From: a virus
Length of the DNA: 64,000 nt
IMG/VR virus record: IMGVR_UViG_3300043137_000327
Span: 1-64,000 of that record
Direction: 5' to 3' (one strand)
Shown piece after piece: positions 1 to 7,224 of this stretch; the first letter of the stretch is position 1, and every line of letters begins with the position of its first letter. Both the position numbers and the translations under genes were made by a program. The notes beneath the pieces were generated by a model. The model did not search any database. It was not told where the DNA came from and saw only the letters and a program-made list of their open reading frames with translations.

Positions 1-74
1 TGGTAATTAGCTCATTTGGTTAGAGCATCTCGCTGATACCGAGAAGGTGGCAGGTTCGAATCCCGCATTACCAA
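1..74 (+). tRNA. tRNA-Ile (anticodon GAT)
   Basis: Hand-folded cloverleaf: acceptor tggtaat/attacca (7 bp), D-stem gctc/gagc, anticodon stem tctcg/cgaga with loop ctGATac, T-arm gcagg-TTCGAAT-cccgc, discriminator A. Confidence 0.6.
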
Positions 75-165
75 CAAATAAGGTAATAGTTCCCAGAGTT
101 GATGTGGCCACATCCGGACTCAAAAAAAGTAAAGTTACAGATGGATGCGTAACGCCTTATTAATT

Positions 166-236
166 ACGGGTATGGTGCAATGGTAGCATACGGGTCTCCA
201 AAACCTTTGATGGAAGTTCGAATCTTTCTATCCGTG
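166..236 (+). tRNA. tRNA-Trp (anticodon CCA)
   Basis: Acceptor acgggta/tatccgt, D-stem gtgc/gcat, anticodon stem cgggt/acctt with loop ctCCAaa, T-arm ggaag-TTCGAAT-ctttc. Confidence 0.55.
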
Positions 237-241
237 CTAAT

Positions 242-313
242 AGTTCTATGGTGTAACGGATAGCACCCTTCACTACGGATGAAGAAGTTTGGGTTCGAAT
301 CCTAATAGAACTA
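242..313 (+). tRNA. tRNA-Arg (anticodon ACG)
   Basis: Acceptor agttcta/tagaact, anticodon stem cttca/tgaag with loop ctACGga, T-arm ttggg-TTCGAAT-cctaa. Confidence 0.55.
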
Positions 314-319
314 CATAAT

Positions 320-389
320 GGTCAGTTTGGTCGTGGAGGCCGGTGGGTCTGCAAAACTTACGGAGTTGGTTCGATTCCAACATTGACCT
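320..389 (+). tRNA. tRNA-Cys (anticodon GCA)
   Basis: Acceptor ggtcagt/attgacc (one GU), anticodon stem tgggt/actta (two GU, or 6-bp extended) with loop ctGCAaa, T-arm gttgg-TTCGATT-ccaac. D-arm is short/atypical. Confidence 0.45.
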
Positions 390-456
390 CAACCGGTGAA
401 GGATATTGGATATATCGCCCGACGTGGAGTTGGGAAAGTGGTTCGATTCCACAAAC

Positions 457-526
457 TGCATGGCTTAGTGGAAAAGAGTTATCTCTCATAAGGATGACCA
501 AATGAGTTCGAACCTCATACATGCAA
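457..526 (+). tRNA. tRNA-Met/Ile2 (anticodon CAT). D-arm atypical and boundaries uncertain
   Basis: Anticodon stem tatct/ggatg with loop ctCATaa, T-arm atgag-TTCGAAC-ctcat, acceptor tgcatgg/acatgca (6 of 7 pairs). The D-region is shorter than canonical. Confidence 0.4.
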
Positions 527-594
527 CAATGTATATTATACTATACAAAAACCTGGTATTTAGGGGTAAATGTATAATATATTATACGAAATAT

Positions 595-668
595 GGTGTT
601 TATAGTGTTAATGGTTAGCACGTCAGTTTGTGGTACTGATAGTATGGGTTCGAATCCCATTAATCACC
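595..668 (+). tRNA. tRNA-His (anticodon GTG) with G-1
   Basis: Anticodon stem tcagt/actga (perfect) with loop ttGTGgt, T-arm atggg-TTCGAAT-cccat, acceptor gtgttta/taatcac, plus an extra 5' G (595) pairing with discriminator C668 as expected for tRNA-His. Confidence 0.6.
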
Positions 669-673
669 CCAAT

Positions 674-759
674 AGAGAGTTACCCAAGTTGGTGAAGGGG
701 CCTGTTTGCTAAACAGGTAGGATGTTAAAGTCGCAAGGGTTCGAGCCCCTTACTCTCTA
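674..759 (+). tRNA. tRNA-Ser (anticodon GCT), class II
   Basis: Acceptor agagagt/actctct (perfect), anticodon stem cctgt/acagg with loop ttGCTaa, long variable arm (about 19 nt), T-arm aaggg-TTCGAGC-ccctt. Confidence 0.6.
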
Positions 760-768
760 CTTAAAATT

Positions 769-843
769 GCCCGTATGGCGGAATTGGAATACGCAGTGGC
801 TTTAGACACCACACAATTGAAGGTTCGAGTCCTTCTATGGGTA
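769..843 (+). tRNA. tRNA with anticodon TAG (Leu-decoding) but a class-I short variable arm. The anticodon loop could also be read as 9 nt
   Basis: Acceptor gcccgta/tatgggt (all paired, 2 GU), D-stem gcg/cgc, anticodon stem gtggc/accac (C-A mismatch at loop end) with loop ttTAGac, 6-nt variable region, T-arm gaagg-TTCGAGT-ccttc, discriminator A. Confidence 0.4.
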
Positions 844-1310
844 CAAAATTTATAACTATGGTTTACAAAAAACTAACAGGTGAAAGTGTAGAATTGGAAG
901 AATATATTACAAATTATATAGATATGTATGATGATGTTGATATACTTATTGGATGTGATTCACAAAATCGTGCTGATAAAACGACATACGCCGTAGTAGT
1001 TGCTTTGTATCATAGAGGTAAAGGAGCACACGTATTATTCAGAAGATGGCAAACTAAAAAAGAATGGACTCGTTCTACTCGTTTGTTAAATGAAGTATGG
1101 TACGCTATTGAAACGGCAGAGATGATGAAGGAAGCAGGTATTCCGAAACCTCGTTGGATTGATGTGGATTTGAACCCAGACCCTAGATATAAATCTAACG
1201 AAGTATTCAGACAGGCGGTTGGTATGGTTGAAGGTATGGGATATGAAGTTAGATATAAAACATTAGGTCCAATCGCAACATATGCGGCTGACCATTTAGT
1301 AAAAATGTAA
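837..1310 (+). CDS. hypothetical protein, possibly RNase H-like (YkuK/DUF458-like)
   Basis: 157-aa ORF. The segment ILIGCDSQNRADKTTYAVVVALYHRGKGAHVLF resembles the GTDSQ core of the DUF458 RNase H-fold family. The start overlaps the 3' end of the preceding tRNA by a few nt. Confidence 0.35.
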   Translation: MGTKFITMVYKKLTGESVELEEYITNYIDMYDDVDILIGCDSQNRADKTTYAVVVALYHRGKGAHVLFRRWQTKKEWTRSTRLLNEVWYAIETAEMMKEAGIPKPRWIDVDLNPDPRYKSNEVFRQAVGMVEGMGYEVRYKTLGPIATYAADHLVKM

Positions 1311-1387
1311 AAAAATATTAGGAAATTTGAAAAACTTTCTGTATATTTGTATAAGTTCTTTGATAGATAGGTATTTAAAAAGCAAAC

Positions 1388-1461
1388 GCTCCGTTCGTCT
1401 AATTGGTTAGGACACTCCCCTTTCACGGGAGAGCTTACGGGTTCGAGCCCCGTACGGAGTA
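1388..1461 (+). tRNA. tRNA-Glu (anticodon TTC)
   Basis: Acceptor gctccgt/acggagt (G1-U72), D-stem gtct/ggac, anticodon stem ctccc/gggag with loop ctTTCac, T-arm acggg-TTCGAGC-cccgt. Confidence 0.55.
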
Positions 1462-1559
1462 CAAAAGATTAATGTAAATCGCCTATGTGGGTGAAACTAA
1501 TTCCTCGTTTGGGGAAAAGAAGATGTGATTTCTTTAATAGGTGTAGTTAATCTTTAATT

Positions 1560-1632
1560 GCCTCCGTAGCTCATTTGGTAGAGCAGCTGATTTGTAATCA
1601 GCAGGTGGTTGGTTCGAGCCCGACCGGAGGCT
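1560..1632 (+). tRNA. tRNA-Thr (anticodon TGT)
   Basis: Acceptor gcctccg/cggaggc (perfect), D-arm tagctcatttggtagagca, anticodon stem gctga/tcagc with loop ttTGTaa, T-arm gttgg-TTCGAGC-ccgac. Confidence 0.65.
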
Positions 1633-1636
1633 CAAT

Positions 1637-1710
1637 GGGATGTTAGTAGAGTTGGTTACAATGTCGCCCTGTCACGGCGAAGGTCACGGGTTCGAGTCCC
1701 GTACATCCCG
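1637..1710 (+). tRNA. tRNA-Asp (anticodon GTC)
   Basis: Acceptor gggatgt/acatccc (perfect), anticodon stem tcgcc/ggcga with loop ctGTCac, T-arm acggg-TTCGAGT-cccgt, discriminator G. Confidence 0.6.
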
Positions 1711-1715
1711 CATAT

Positions 1716-1789
<74 letters not shown>

Positions 1790-1807
1790 CTAACAAAAGA
1801 AAAGCGT

Positions 1808-2245
1808 ATGAGCATATTAATCAGAACTTTATTTTGTATCTTTGTAATGATGCCAGCAAGTGTTAGTAAATTTGATGGTAGAAAGTTTGAGGTTGAAAAG
1901 GAAAAAGAGGAAGTTGTTGTAAAGAAACAAAATGCACTTATAGTAACGGCAACAACCTATACTGTAAGTGAATCAGAAACCGATAGTTCACCAACCATAA
2001 CGGCTAGTGGATTTAGGTTAAGTAAAACAAATCCTAAAAAGCACAGGGTAATAGCTGTGAGTAGAGATTTAAAAAAGAAACTTAGATTTGGAGATAAGGT
2101 AAGAGTTACCGGAATTGGAAAACTAAGTGGTGTATATGTAGTTAGAGATTTGATGCATAGTAGGTGGAGAAAGAAAATTGATATTTTAATCAATCCGAAA
2201 GATAAACAAACTAAGTTTCATAAAGTTAAACTTTACATATTATAA
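1808..2245 (+). CDS. 3D-domain protein (MltA-like cell-wall-binding/hydrolase-associated domain) with N-terminal signal/TM segment
   Basis: 145-aa ORF with a hydrophobic N-terminus. ATTYTVSESETDSSPTITASGFRL...HRVIAVSRDL...FGDKVRV...GVYVVRDLMHSRWRKKIDIL matches the 3D (Asp-rich) domain pattern ATAYT..G.TASG...IAVDP...G.Y.A.DTG..IDI. Confidence 0.5.
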   Translation: MSILIRTLFCIFVMMPASVSKFDGRKFEVEKEKEEVVVKKQNALIVTATTYTVSESETDSSPTITASGFRLSKTNPKKHRVIAVSRDLKKKLRFGDKVRVTGIGKLSGVYVVRDLMHSRWRKKIDILINPKDKQTKFHKVKLYIL

Positions 2246-2248
2246 GTT

Positions 2249-2333
2249 GCCTCGGTGGTGTAATGGTAGCCACGAAGGACTTAAAATCCTTTGAACCGAA
2301 AGGTTCGTGCCAGTTCGAGTCTGGCCCGAGGTA
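2249..2333 (+). tRNA. tRNA-Leu (anticodon TAA), class II
   Basis: Acceptor gcctcgg/ccgaggt, anticodon stem aagga/tcctt with loop ctTAAaa, long variable arm tgaaccgaaaggttcg, T-arm gccag-TTCGAGT-ctggc, discriminator A. Confidence 0.6.
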
Positions 2334-2445
2334 CAATGTAATGATTCGAAAGAATAGCGGAACAGATGCTAAGAATGAAATGGAAACTTTTGAAACTCGT
2401 ACAAAGGAGTGGATTCGAAACAAACCGCACAGACATTACATTAAT

Positions 2446-2519
2446 GGGGATATAGCTCAGTTGGCTAGAGCATCTGCCTTGCACGTAGAGGGTCGTGGGT
2501 TCGAATCCCTCTATCTCCA
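2446..2519 (+). tRNA. tRNA-Ala (anticodon TGC)
   Basis: Acceptor ggggata/tatctcc with a G3-U70 pair (the Ala identity element), D-arm tagctcagttggctagagc, anticodon stem tctgc/gtaga with loop ctTGCac, T-arm gtggg-TTCGAAT-ccctc. Confidence 0.65.
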
Positions 2520-2571
2520 CTATCGTTGAAATAAACGATATTAGATTTTATCGTTAGATTAAACGATAATT

Positions 2572-2648
2572 GGACTTGTAGCTCAGTCGGTTAGAGCGCC
2601 GCACTCATAATGCGTAGGTCATAGGTTCGAGCCCTATCTGGTCCACCA
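2572..2648 (+). tRNA. tRNA-Met/Ile2 (anticodon CAT) with encoded 3' CCA
   Basis: Acceptor ggacttg/ctggtcc (one T-T mismatch), D-arm tagctcagtcggttagagc, anticodon stem ccgca/tgcgt with loop ctCATaa, T-arm atagg-TTCGAGC-cctat, discriminator A followed by CCA. Confidence 0.55.
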
Positions 2649-2706
2649 TAGTTAGAATAGTTTATCTTTTTTAAGTATTCTAATATTTATATAAAAGAAA
2701 AAAACT

Positions 2707-3108
2707 ATGAAAGGTAATTGTATAAATTGTGACAAAGAGTTTGATTATATGCCATCTCAAAAAAATGGTAAGTATTGTTCAAACAAATGTCAGGGTGAGT
2801 ACTCTGTAAAACAAAGATTTGTAAAGGGTAGTGTTTGGCATCATAATATGGCAATCTATCTTAAACGAATTAGAGGAAATAAATGTGAGGATTGTGGAAT
2901 CACAGAGTGGTTGGGACATGAAATTAGTATGCATGTAGACCATATTGATGGTGATAGAACAAATAATACTTATGATAATTTAAGAATACTTTGTCCTAAT
3001 TGCCATTCACAAACTCCAACATTCGCTAGTAGAAATGTTTCAGCCGAAGGTAAAAAGAAAATGGCTGAATCCGCTAGAAAGAATGGTAGGGGTCACAAGC
3101 GAAAGTAG
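2707..3108 (+). CDS. HNH homing-type endonuclease
   Basis: 133-aa ORF. Cys-rich N-terminus (CINCDKEF...CSNKC) and the HNH core HVDHIDGDRTNNTYDNLRILCPNCHS. Embedded in the tRNA array. The stop overlaps the 5' end of tRNA-Gly. Confidence 0.8.
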   Translation: MKGNCINCDKEFDYMPSQKNGKYCSNKCQGEYSVKQRFVKGSVWHHNMAIYLKRIRGNKCEDCGITEWLGHEISMHVDHIDGDRTNNTYDNLRILCPNCHSQTPTFASRNVSAEGKKKMAESARKNGRGHKRK

Positions 3109-3171
3109 CTCATTTGGTAGAGCATCACCTTGCCAAGGTGAGGGTAGCCGGTTCGAGCCCGGTCTTTCGCT
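3099..3171 (+). tRNA. tRNA-Gly (anticodon GCC)
   Basis: Acceptor gcgaaag/ctttcgc (perfect), D-arm tagctcatttggtagagc, anticodon stem tcacc/ggtga with loop ttGCCaa, T-arm gccgg-TTCGAGC-ccggt. Confidence 0.65.
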
Positions 3172-3227
3172 CAAATGGGCTTTAGTGGGAAGCCGCAAGA
3201 ACGATAGATGTTGTTCATCCACTAAAT

Positions 3228-3299
3228 GCGAGTATAGCACAATGGTTAGTGTTCCGGCCTTCCAAGTCGGAGATTTCGGTTCGAGTCCGAATACTCGCT
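3228..3299 (+). tRNA. tRNA-Gly (anticodon TCC)
   Basis: Acceptor gcgagta/tactcgc (perfect), D-stem gcac/gtgt, anticodon stem ccggc/gtcgg with loop ctTCCaa, T-arm ttcgg-TTCGAGT-ccgaa. Confidence 0.65.
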
Positions 3300-3380
3300 C
3301 AACTCAAGTACCCATACCGCCAACGATGGGCTAAGTTAGATACAATTCCGTATTGCGGGGAGTAGAATGCTTGAGAATTT

Positions 3381-3451
3381 TGCCTGATGGTGTAGCGGTA
3401 GCACAACTGTTTTTGGTGCAGTTAGGGTAGGTTCGAATCCTGCTCGGGTAA
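3381..3451 (+). tRNA. tRNA-Gln (anticodon TTG)
   Basis: Acceptor tgcctga/tcgggta (U1-A72 as in bacterial tRNA-Gln, two GU), D-stem gtgt/gcac, anticodon stem actgt/gcagt with loop ttTTGgt, T-arm gtagg-TTCGAAT-cctgc. Confidence 0.5.
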
Positions 3452-3461
3452 CAACAAAAAA

Positions 3462-3494
3462 CCTCACAATTATTTGGCAATGTGGGGTTTTTTT
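3462..3494 (+). terminator. Rho-independent terminator hairpin (cctcaca/tgtgggg + T7) closing the tRNA array
   Basis: 7-bp stem with an 11-nt loop followed by TTTTTTT. The loop and T-run overlap the -33/-7 elements of the next promoter. Confidence 0.6.
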
Positions 3495-3504
3495 CGTATA
3501 TTTA
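3473..3504 (+). promoter_or_regulatory. Bacteroidetes-type promoter, class A (TTTGGCAAT...TTTCGTATATTTA)
   Basis: TTTG at 3473-3476 and TAnnTTTA at 3497-3504 with about 20-bp spacing. Member of the repeated about 30-bp promoter family. Confidence 0.55.
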
Positions 3505-3522
3505 CGGAGTAAAATGTAAGTT

Positions 3523-4179
3523 ATGATAAACAATTTAAAGTTAATAAAGCCGTTACTAAACTTCGAAACGAAGGGTGACTTCTATATGCTATATGTTTTT
3601 AAACGTAAGAAGGACCAGCCTGAAGGTGAAAGGGATAATCATCAATCGGTAAGAACTATTAAAACTTATTGTATTGAGAGTATTGACCATTTAGAACGTA
3701 GATGGGATGAAGTAATTCAGATGTGTGAGATGTTTAAAGCAAGAGCATATATACACATTCAGAAACAAAATCATTTTGATGTAAGTTTGAATATGATGGT
3801 TACTCTCGCACAACGAATACAAGATGGTAACACAAATCAAAAAGGTTTATTCGATTCAGTAGTTGGTCAAATCAAAACGCAAGAGAAGAGATGGATTATT
3901 GATGTAGATGATATAAAAGATGCAAGTCCAATTATGATGGCGTATATTGATAATGAATGTAAACCATACGGTTCTAAAATTGAATCAATAATTCCAACAA
4001 AAAGTGGTCATCATTTGATTACTAAGAAATTTGATGTAATGGAATTTAAAAAAAAATATCCAAACATCGATATTCAGAAAAAGAATCCAACATTATTATA
4101 TTATCCAAATTCATTGGATTTAGAAAATAATAATTTGGAAACTATTAAAAAATTAAGAGATACTTTAAAAGAAGAATAA
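3523..4179 (+). CDS. hypothetical protein (first gene of the RNA-repair operon)
   Basis: 218-aa ORF immediately downstream of a class A promoter. No motif recognised confidently. Confidence 0.5.
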   Translation: MINNLKLIKPLLNFETKGDFYMLYVFKRKKDQPEGERDNHQSVRTIKTYCIESIDHLERRWDEVIQMCEMFKARAYIHIQKQNHFDVSLNMMVTLAQRIQDGNTNQKGLFDSVVGQIKTQEKRWIIDVDDIKDASPIMMAYIDNECKPYGSKIESIIPTKSGHHLITKKFDVMEFKKKYPNIDIQKKNPTLLYYPNSLDLENNNLETIKKLRDTLKEE

Positions 4180-4742
4180 TGAAAGTAATATTTTTAGACC
4201 ACGATGGTGTTATATGTTTATCCACAGAGTGGGGAGGTAGATTTAAGAAACAAAGAGAAGCAGGACGTAAACTAAGTCAATCAGTTGGTTCATTGCCAGT
4301 TCTTTCTCGATTTGATAATTTTAATAAGAAAGCAATCAATATACTAAATGAAATATTGGAAGAAACTAACGCTGAAATTGTTATCTCATCTGATTGGAAA
4401 CGATGGGCAAGTGTTGAGGAGATGGGTGAATATTATGAATCACAGGGAATCAAAAAGAAACCAATCGCCTTTACGAAAAACTTAGGTGATTGTGATGTAC
4501 CCGAAAACTTCATATGGTCACGACAATGGGATTTAGAACAATCTCGCTCATTGGAGATACTTCAATATCTTAGAGATAACAATGATATAACACATTGGGT
4601 TTCTATTGATGATTTGGATATGGGTAAGAATGGTGAGGATTGGAAAAACTGGGGGTTAGATAACTTCGTATTAACGCCTAAAAGTAGAGAAGGTATTAAA
4701 CAAAGTGGAATAAAAGAAAAGATTATAGAATTCTTAAAATAA
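4179..4742 (+). CDS. HAD-superfamily phosphatase (Pnkp 3'-phosphatase-like)
   Basis: 187-aa ORF. N-terminal HAD motif I FLDHDGVI (DxDG). Sits beside the kinase and ligase genes. Start overlaps the previous stop. Confidence 0.5.
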   Translation: MKVIFLDHDGVICLSTEWGGRFKKQREAGRKLSQSVGSLPVLSRFDNFNKKAINILNEILEETNAEIVISSDWKRWASVEEMGEYYESQGIKKKPIAFTKNLGDCDVPENFIWSRQWDLEQSRSLEILQYLRDNNDITHWVSIDDLDMGKNGEDWKNWGLDNFVLTPKSREGIKQSGIKEKIIEFLK

Positions 4743-4747
4743 GAGTT

Positions 4748-5401
4748 ATGAAAATAGTATTAGAAAAAGGACAGAAGTTATGGTTTACAAGTGATACACA
4801 CTACAACCATGCTAATATTTGTTCCGCTACAACAAAGTGGACAGACCCGGTGACTTGTAGAGAATTCAAAACATTAGAACATATGAACGCTCACCTCGTT
4901 GGTAACATCAACGAAATGGTCGGACAGGATGATATTCTATTTCACTTAGGTGATTGGAGTTTTGGTGGATTTGAAAGTATCGAACAATTCAGAAATCAAA
5001 TTGTTTGTAAAAACATTCACATCATTACAGGCAACCACGACCATCACATTGAAAACAACAGAGAAGGTTGTCAATCGCTTTTTGCTTCGGTAAACAAATA
5101 CCTAAACTTAAATGTGAAATTTCCAAATGGAAGTGGTGGATATGATGATATACGATTTGCTCTAATGCACTTTCCAATAGCAAGTTGGGATAATATGGCG
5201 AGAGGCGCTATCCATTTGCATGGGCACGTTCACTTTGAACCTAGGTTACGAATTGGTGCTGGAAAAATGATGGATGTGGGTGTGGATGGAAACGGATTGT
5301 ACCCAATTCAAATGAGTGAAGTATTGAGATTAATGAGAAACCAACCAATCAAAAGTATGTTCATATTTGACCATCACGAGATTGTGGAGAATTATAAGTA
5401 A
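4748..5401 (+). CDS. calcineurin-like metallophosphoesterase
   Basis: 217-aa ORF with the motifs FTSDTHYNH, LFHLGDWSFGG, ITGNHDHH and HLHGHVHF (metallophosphoesterase signature blocks). Confidence 0.7.
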   Translation: MKIVLEKGQKLWFTSDTHYNHANICSATTKWTDPVTCREFKTLEHMNAHLVGNINEMVGQDDILFHLGDWSFGGFESIEQFRNQIVCKNIHIITGNHDHHIENNREGCQSLFASVNKYLNLNVKFPNGSGGYDDIRFALMHFPIASWDNMARGAIHLHGHVHFEPRLRIGAGKMMDVGVDGNGLYPIQMSEVLRLMRNQPIKSMFIFDHHEIVENYK

Positions 5402-5402
5402 A

Positions 5403-5585
5403 ATGAAAAAGTGGATTTGTAAAATAATAGGTCACAAATACTCATATAATTTTGGGTGGATGCCCAATAAGTGTATATGTAATAGGTGTGGTATGAAATG
5501 GAAAAGCATTAGTAACCCATATTACATACCGGGTGAATCAAATCCATTAATAACCGATATGCATATTTGGATAGAAGATAAATAA
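5403..5585 (+). CDS. small Cys-rich (putative zinc-ribbon) protein
   Basis: 60-aa ORF MKKWICKIIGHKY...CICNRCGMKW starting at the ATG just after the previous stop. The ORF-track start at 5367 overlaps the upstream gene. Confidence 0.35.
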   Translation: MKKWICKIIGHKYSYNFGWMPNKCICNRCGMKWKSISNPYYIPGESNPLITDMHIWIEDK

Positions 5586-5591
5586 TAAATT

Positions 5592-6008
5592 ATGATACCA
5601 AAAATATTAACATTAGTAAGAGGGTTGCCAGGAAGTGGTAAAACGACATTCGCAAATACTATCACAAATGAATTTTCAGTATGTGAAGCTGATAAGTTTT
5701 TCTATGATAAGGAGGGAAACTATAACTTTGATAGTAATAAATTAACTGCTGCACATAAATGGTGTAGAGATGAGGTAGAAATGCGAATGAAAGATAATCA
5801 ACTTAATGAACAATTCTATCCGCATATTGTAGTATCCAATACATTCACCAAACGATGGGAAATGGATACATATTTTGGATTAGCAAAGCAATATGGATAT
5901 AGAGTTCATTCAATCATTGTTGAAAATAGACACGATGGTGATAATGTACATAATGTGCCAGAAGAAAAAATAAAACAAATGGCTAATAGATTTGAAATTC
6001 AATTATAA
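5592..6008 (+). CDS. pnk: polynucleotide 5'-kinase (T4 Pnk kinase-domain-like P-loop kinase)
   Basis: 138-aa ORF. Walker A [35 protein letters not shown] parallels T4 Pnkp [39 protein letters not shown] parallels T4 VPIDVLRSMYKSM. Confidence 0.75.
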   Translation: [138 protein letters not shown]

Positions 6009-6013
6009 AAGAA

Positions 6014-7159
6014 ATGGAAAATAATAATTCAGTTTGCTATGTAGCAACAATTAATGAAATCAAACCAATTGAAGGAGCTGATAACATTGAGTTAGCAGTA
6101 GTTGGTGGTTGGAATTGTATCACTAAAAAAGGTGAGCAAAAAATAGGTGATGAAGTTATCATCGCTACAACCGATGCCGTAATTCCGGAATCATTATCGG
6201 ATGAGATGGGAGTTACTAGCTATCTTCGTAAAGGTGGTAGAGTTAGGACTGTGAAATTAAGAGGTGTATATTCAGAATGTTTAATCATTCCAAATAAATT
6301 CTTACATGGTAGAAGTACTATCGGAGATTGGGATTTGAAAGAAGGTAGTGATTGTATGCATATTTTTGGTATTGTTAAATTTGAACCACCCGTAAAAATG
6401 GTTCAATTGGCAAGTGGTAAGAAAATCAGATACCAAGATAATCCAAACTTTCACGTATATTATAAGTTTCCAAACTTAAAGAATGTACCTGGAATGTTTA
6501 CTGAAGAAGATACGGTTGAAATCACTCGTAAAATTCACGGAACAAATGCCAGATATGGTATTGTTAGGAAACTTAAATTATCAGTTTGGCATAATATTAA
6601 GAAGTTCTTTGGATTTGGTAACAAATGGGATGAGTTCGAATTCGTAGTTGGTTCGCATAATGTTGAGAAAGGTTCAGATTCTAATGGATTCTACGATACA
6701 AACGTATGGTATGAAATCGATAAGAAATATGGTATCAAACAAAAGTTATGGGATTATGTTAAGAATGAAGATATGGATGTAGTTATCGGAGATGGTATCA
6801 CTTTATATGGTGAGATTTACGGAGCTGGAATCCAAAAGGGATACGATTATGGGTTGAGTGAGATTGAGTTCGTAGGATTCGATGTAAAGGAGGATGGTGA
6901 GTATTTAGACCCAATCAACTCTAAACTTTTAATCAAAGATATTTTGGAATTACCATATGTAGAGATTTTACACTTTGGTAGGTGGTCACAAGAAGTACAA
7001 GATAAGTATGTATTCAATAATTTCATTGAAGGTACTAAAGTGCCGGAGGAGGGTATTGTAATCAAACACCAATCTAAAGGTAGAGAGAAGATAGCAAAGG
7101 TAATAAATCCTGATTATTTAATTTTCGCTGAAAAACACAATGTTGGCGATTCTCATTAA
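6014..7159 (+). CDS. rnl: RNA ligase (T4 Rnl2-like nucleotidyltransferase) with N-terminal tRNA-binding OB-fold domain
   Basis: 381-aa ORF. N-terminus VATINEIKPIEGADNIELAVVGGWNCITKKGEQKIGDEVII resembles the Myf/EMAP-type tRNA-binding domain. Ligase motif I RKIHGTN (K-x-H-G), motif IIIa YGEIYGAGIQKG (T4 Rnl2 FGEFAGPGIQKN), motif IV PEEGIVIKH. Confidence 0.75.
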   Translation: MENNNSVCYVATINEIKPIEGADNIELAVVGGWNCITKKGEQKIGDEVIIATTDAVIPESLSDEMGVTSYLRKGGRVRTVKLRGVYSECLIIPNKFLHGRSTIGDWDLKEGSDCMHIFGIVKFEPPVKMVQLASGKKIRYQDNPNFHVYYKFPNLKNVPGMFTEEDTVEITRKIHGTNARYGIVRKLKLSVWHNIKKFFGFGNKWDEFEFVVGSHNVEKGSDSNGFYDTNVWYEIDKKYGIKQKLWDYVKNEDMDVVIGDGITLYGEIYGAGIQKGYDYGLSEIEFVGFDVKEDGEYLDPINSKLLIKDILELPYVEILHFGRWSQEVQDKYVFNNFIEGTKVPEEGIVIKHQSKGREKIAKVINPDYLIFAEKHNVGDSH

Positions 7160-7165
7160 AATAAA

Positions 7166-7197
7166 TTTGGAAAATCCAAATTAATATAGTATATTTG
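7166..7197 (+). promoter_or_regulatory. Bacteroidetes-type promoter, class B (AATTTGGAAAA...TATATTTG)
   Basis: TTTG 7166-7169 and TATATTTG 7190-7197, spacing 20. This places the first ORF-track ATG (7195) inside the promoter. Confidence 0.5.
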
Positions 7198-7224
7198 AAA
7201 AACAAAACGATAAAACTTAAAGAT

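Noticed and set aside
769-843. Stop-codon reassignment implied by a TAG/TTA-anticodon tRNA
   Set aside because: Long ORFs such as GroEL, UvdE and the carbamoyltransferase are intact under the standard code, and TAA, TAG and TGA all terminate well-supported genes (for example the HNH gene ends in TAG). Genome-wide recoding is therefore unlikely. The tRNA is kept only as an oddity.
1010-1426. Minus-strand ORFs from the six-frame track, for example 1010..1426, 2281..2520, 3336..3533, 22004..22333, 22999..23373, 29728..30069, 31730..32119 and 59888..60517
   Set aside because: All overlap well-supported + strand genes or tRNAs. Their low-complexity, hydrophobic translations are typical of antisense frames in AT-rich DNA. 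Every interpretable gene is on the + strand.
2263-3334. Plus-strand ORFs 2263..2529, 3035..3334 and 273..461(-) lying across tRNA genes
   Set aside because: They are read straight through several cloverleaf tRNAs, and their translations are tRNA-derived nonsense. Rejected as spurious.
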